The notes beneath the pieces were generated by a model, which made no database searches, was not told where the DNA came from, and saw nothing but the letters and a program-made list of their open reading frames with translations. This document shows, piece after piece, positions 62,432 to 64,000 of a stretch of DNA of 64,000 nucleotides. Within the stretch, counting starts at the first letter, position 1, and every line of letters begins with the position of its first letter. The translations under genes and the position numbers were made by a program. The DNA is from Blastocystis sp. Blastoise (taxonomy: Eukaryota; Protista; Bigyra: Opalinata). The stretch spans positions 558,001 through 622,000 of the forward strand of contig JBBPEB010000028.1 in the NCBI GenBank assembly GCA_039096225.1, given 5' to 3'.

Positions 62432-63715
62432 ATGGGAAATAAGCAAACGAAAGTGCCATGTAAATAGCAATATAAGCGTTATGTATTTCATCATGTAGTA
62501 ACTATGGCTAAAAGTATAAATGGTTTGAATAATTATATCAACATGAAAGACGATGTGGAGCCTGATACATGTAAGTTGTCTACGTTATTCTCGTTTTATA
62601 AGTTTAGATCAGCCATTTTTTGTTATAAATGATTATACCACAACGATCCCTGATGAAAAAATACAGAACAAACCTATGGACAAAAGATGGTCAGATGCAG
62701 TTTCTATTACAAAAGGATCTATTGATGATTTCTCCTCTGAAGAGTTCTTATTAAGGTAAATAGTAATTATTATTGTCTATATATGATTATACTATACTTA
62801 TTTTATTTAAAAAAGCATAGATTATATATTTATATGTAGAGTGAGTATTAAATTATCTGAATTTGTTACAGAAGGTTGTAATTATTGGAAGAAGGATAAT
62901 AAAGTGACTATAGATAATGAATCCAATGATATTATTTGGTCTACGTTCCTTGTAGATGAACAGAATTTAAAAGATACAGCGTCACTGAAATTCTCCGAAG
63001 AATGCTTTATTAAATCGGATTATAGGTATGCTTATGTTGTGTTTGTTTGTTTATTATTATGTTTATTATGTTTATTATTATGTTTATTATATGTTTATGT
63101 GTTTATTATTTTGTTTATTTGTTATTATTTTGTTTATTTATTTATTATTTTGTTTATATGTTTATGTTTGTTTCTATTCCTTAAATATCTATTATTATTA
63201 TTATTATTATGTATATAGAATAAGAGTTGCTGGTAATGCACGTCCTTGTACAATGACTCAAACATATTTACAAGTATATATATATATATATAGTAATTAT
63301 CAAGAAGATTAATATTAATATTTATATATATAAAGAGAAAACCCAAAACATATAAAACTCCGTCGACTGTTGATATTTATAACTTTTTAGCGAAAATTAT
63401 TGCTTCACCAAATGTATATATATAGAAATATTTATTTTTTAAATGTATTTTTGTTTCTGTTGTTTATATATGTTTATATATATGTTTATATATATGTTTA
63501 TATCTCTATAAATCACTATATATCTCTATAAATCAATAAATATCTCTATAAATCAATAAATATCTCTATAAATCACTATATATCTATAGATGATGAAAGA
63601 GTGTATAATATTGTTTTATATCTATGTGGAGAGATTGATGCACTTAAGTCATATCAGTTTATTACCCTGTAACTGGAGATGTATTTGTCTTGGATCTATT
63701 ATTCTTGCTTCTAAA

Positions 63716-63753
<38 letters not shown>

Positions 63754-64000
63754 TTAGGAAATATTCTTCAATCTTTATATATATATAATAATATTATTAT
63801 TATTATTTATCATCAAAATAATTTTATAGTATTATATATATTGATTTCATATTTGTGACGAGTAACACAATTATATATATAGGTTTGGAATGATTGTCCT
63901 CCTTACAACACACAATTCTCTCAATTGGTTCCTCAGTTCAGTTTGGAGGGAATAAATCGATTAGAAGCTCTTTGCATTGAACATCTACAATGGAACGTTA
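62432..64000 (+). CDS. Cyclin Y-like protein (3' end beyond the window)
   Basis: Spliced start MGNKQTKVP (myristoylation-type MG); cyclin box ECIILFYIYVERLM..NWRCICLGSIILASKVWND..INRLE..LQWNV. Confidence 0.88.

Overview
Very AT-rich, intron-rich eukaryotic DNA using the standard genetic code; almost all intact genes end in TAA. Introns are short GT-AG, typically GTAT(AT)...(AT)ATAG, and often carry (TA)n or (TAT)n expansions. Gene content, short introns and TGTT-rich 3' elements suggest a Blastocystis-like gut stramenopile; this is inference only. The left part (1 to ~36 kb) looks accessory or subtelomeric. It holds a pyrimidine-skewed satellite, a degenerate tRNA-like cloverleaf, two apparently related spliced non-coding loci, a 73-bp triple repeat and a secreted GH27 glycosidase. 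It also holds a ~21-kb cluster interleaving BTB-like+TLDc genes with BTB-like+LRR-like genes (two members pseudogenised), and an unusual element between two broken genes. The right part (~36 to 64 kb) is compact housekeeping DNA: a membrane protein, a class I-like PI3K with apparent cNMP-binding and GAF domains, PS synthase, TRIP4/ASC-1, a probable organelle-targeted bacterial-type RNase P protein (RnpA), a giant Asn/Ser-rich protein ending in a GST fold, thiamine pyrophosphokinase, a Gep4-like phosphatase, tetraspanin, tRNA-Ser(TGA) and a cyclin Y-like gene cut by the window end. All gene models were spliced by eye and all domain calls come from motif recognition, not from searches.
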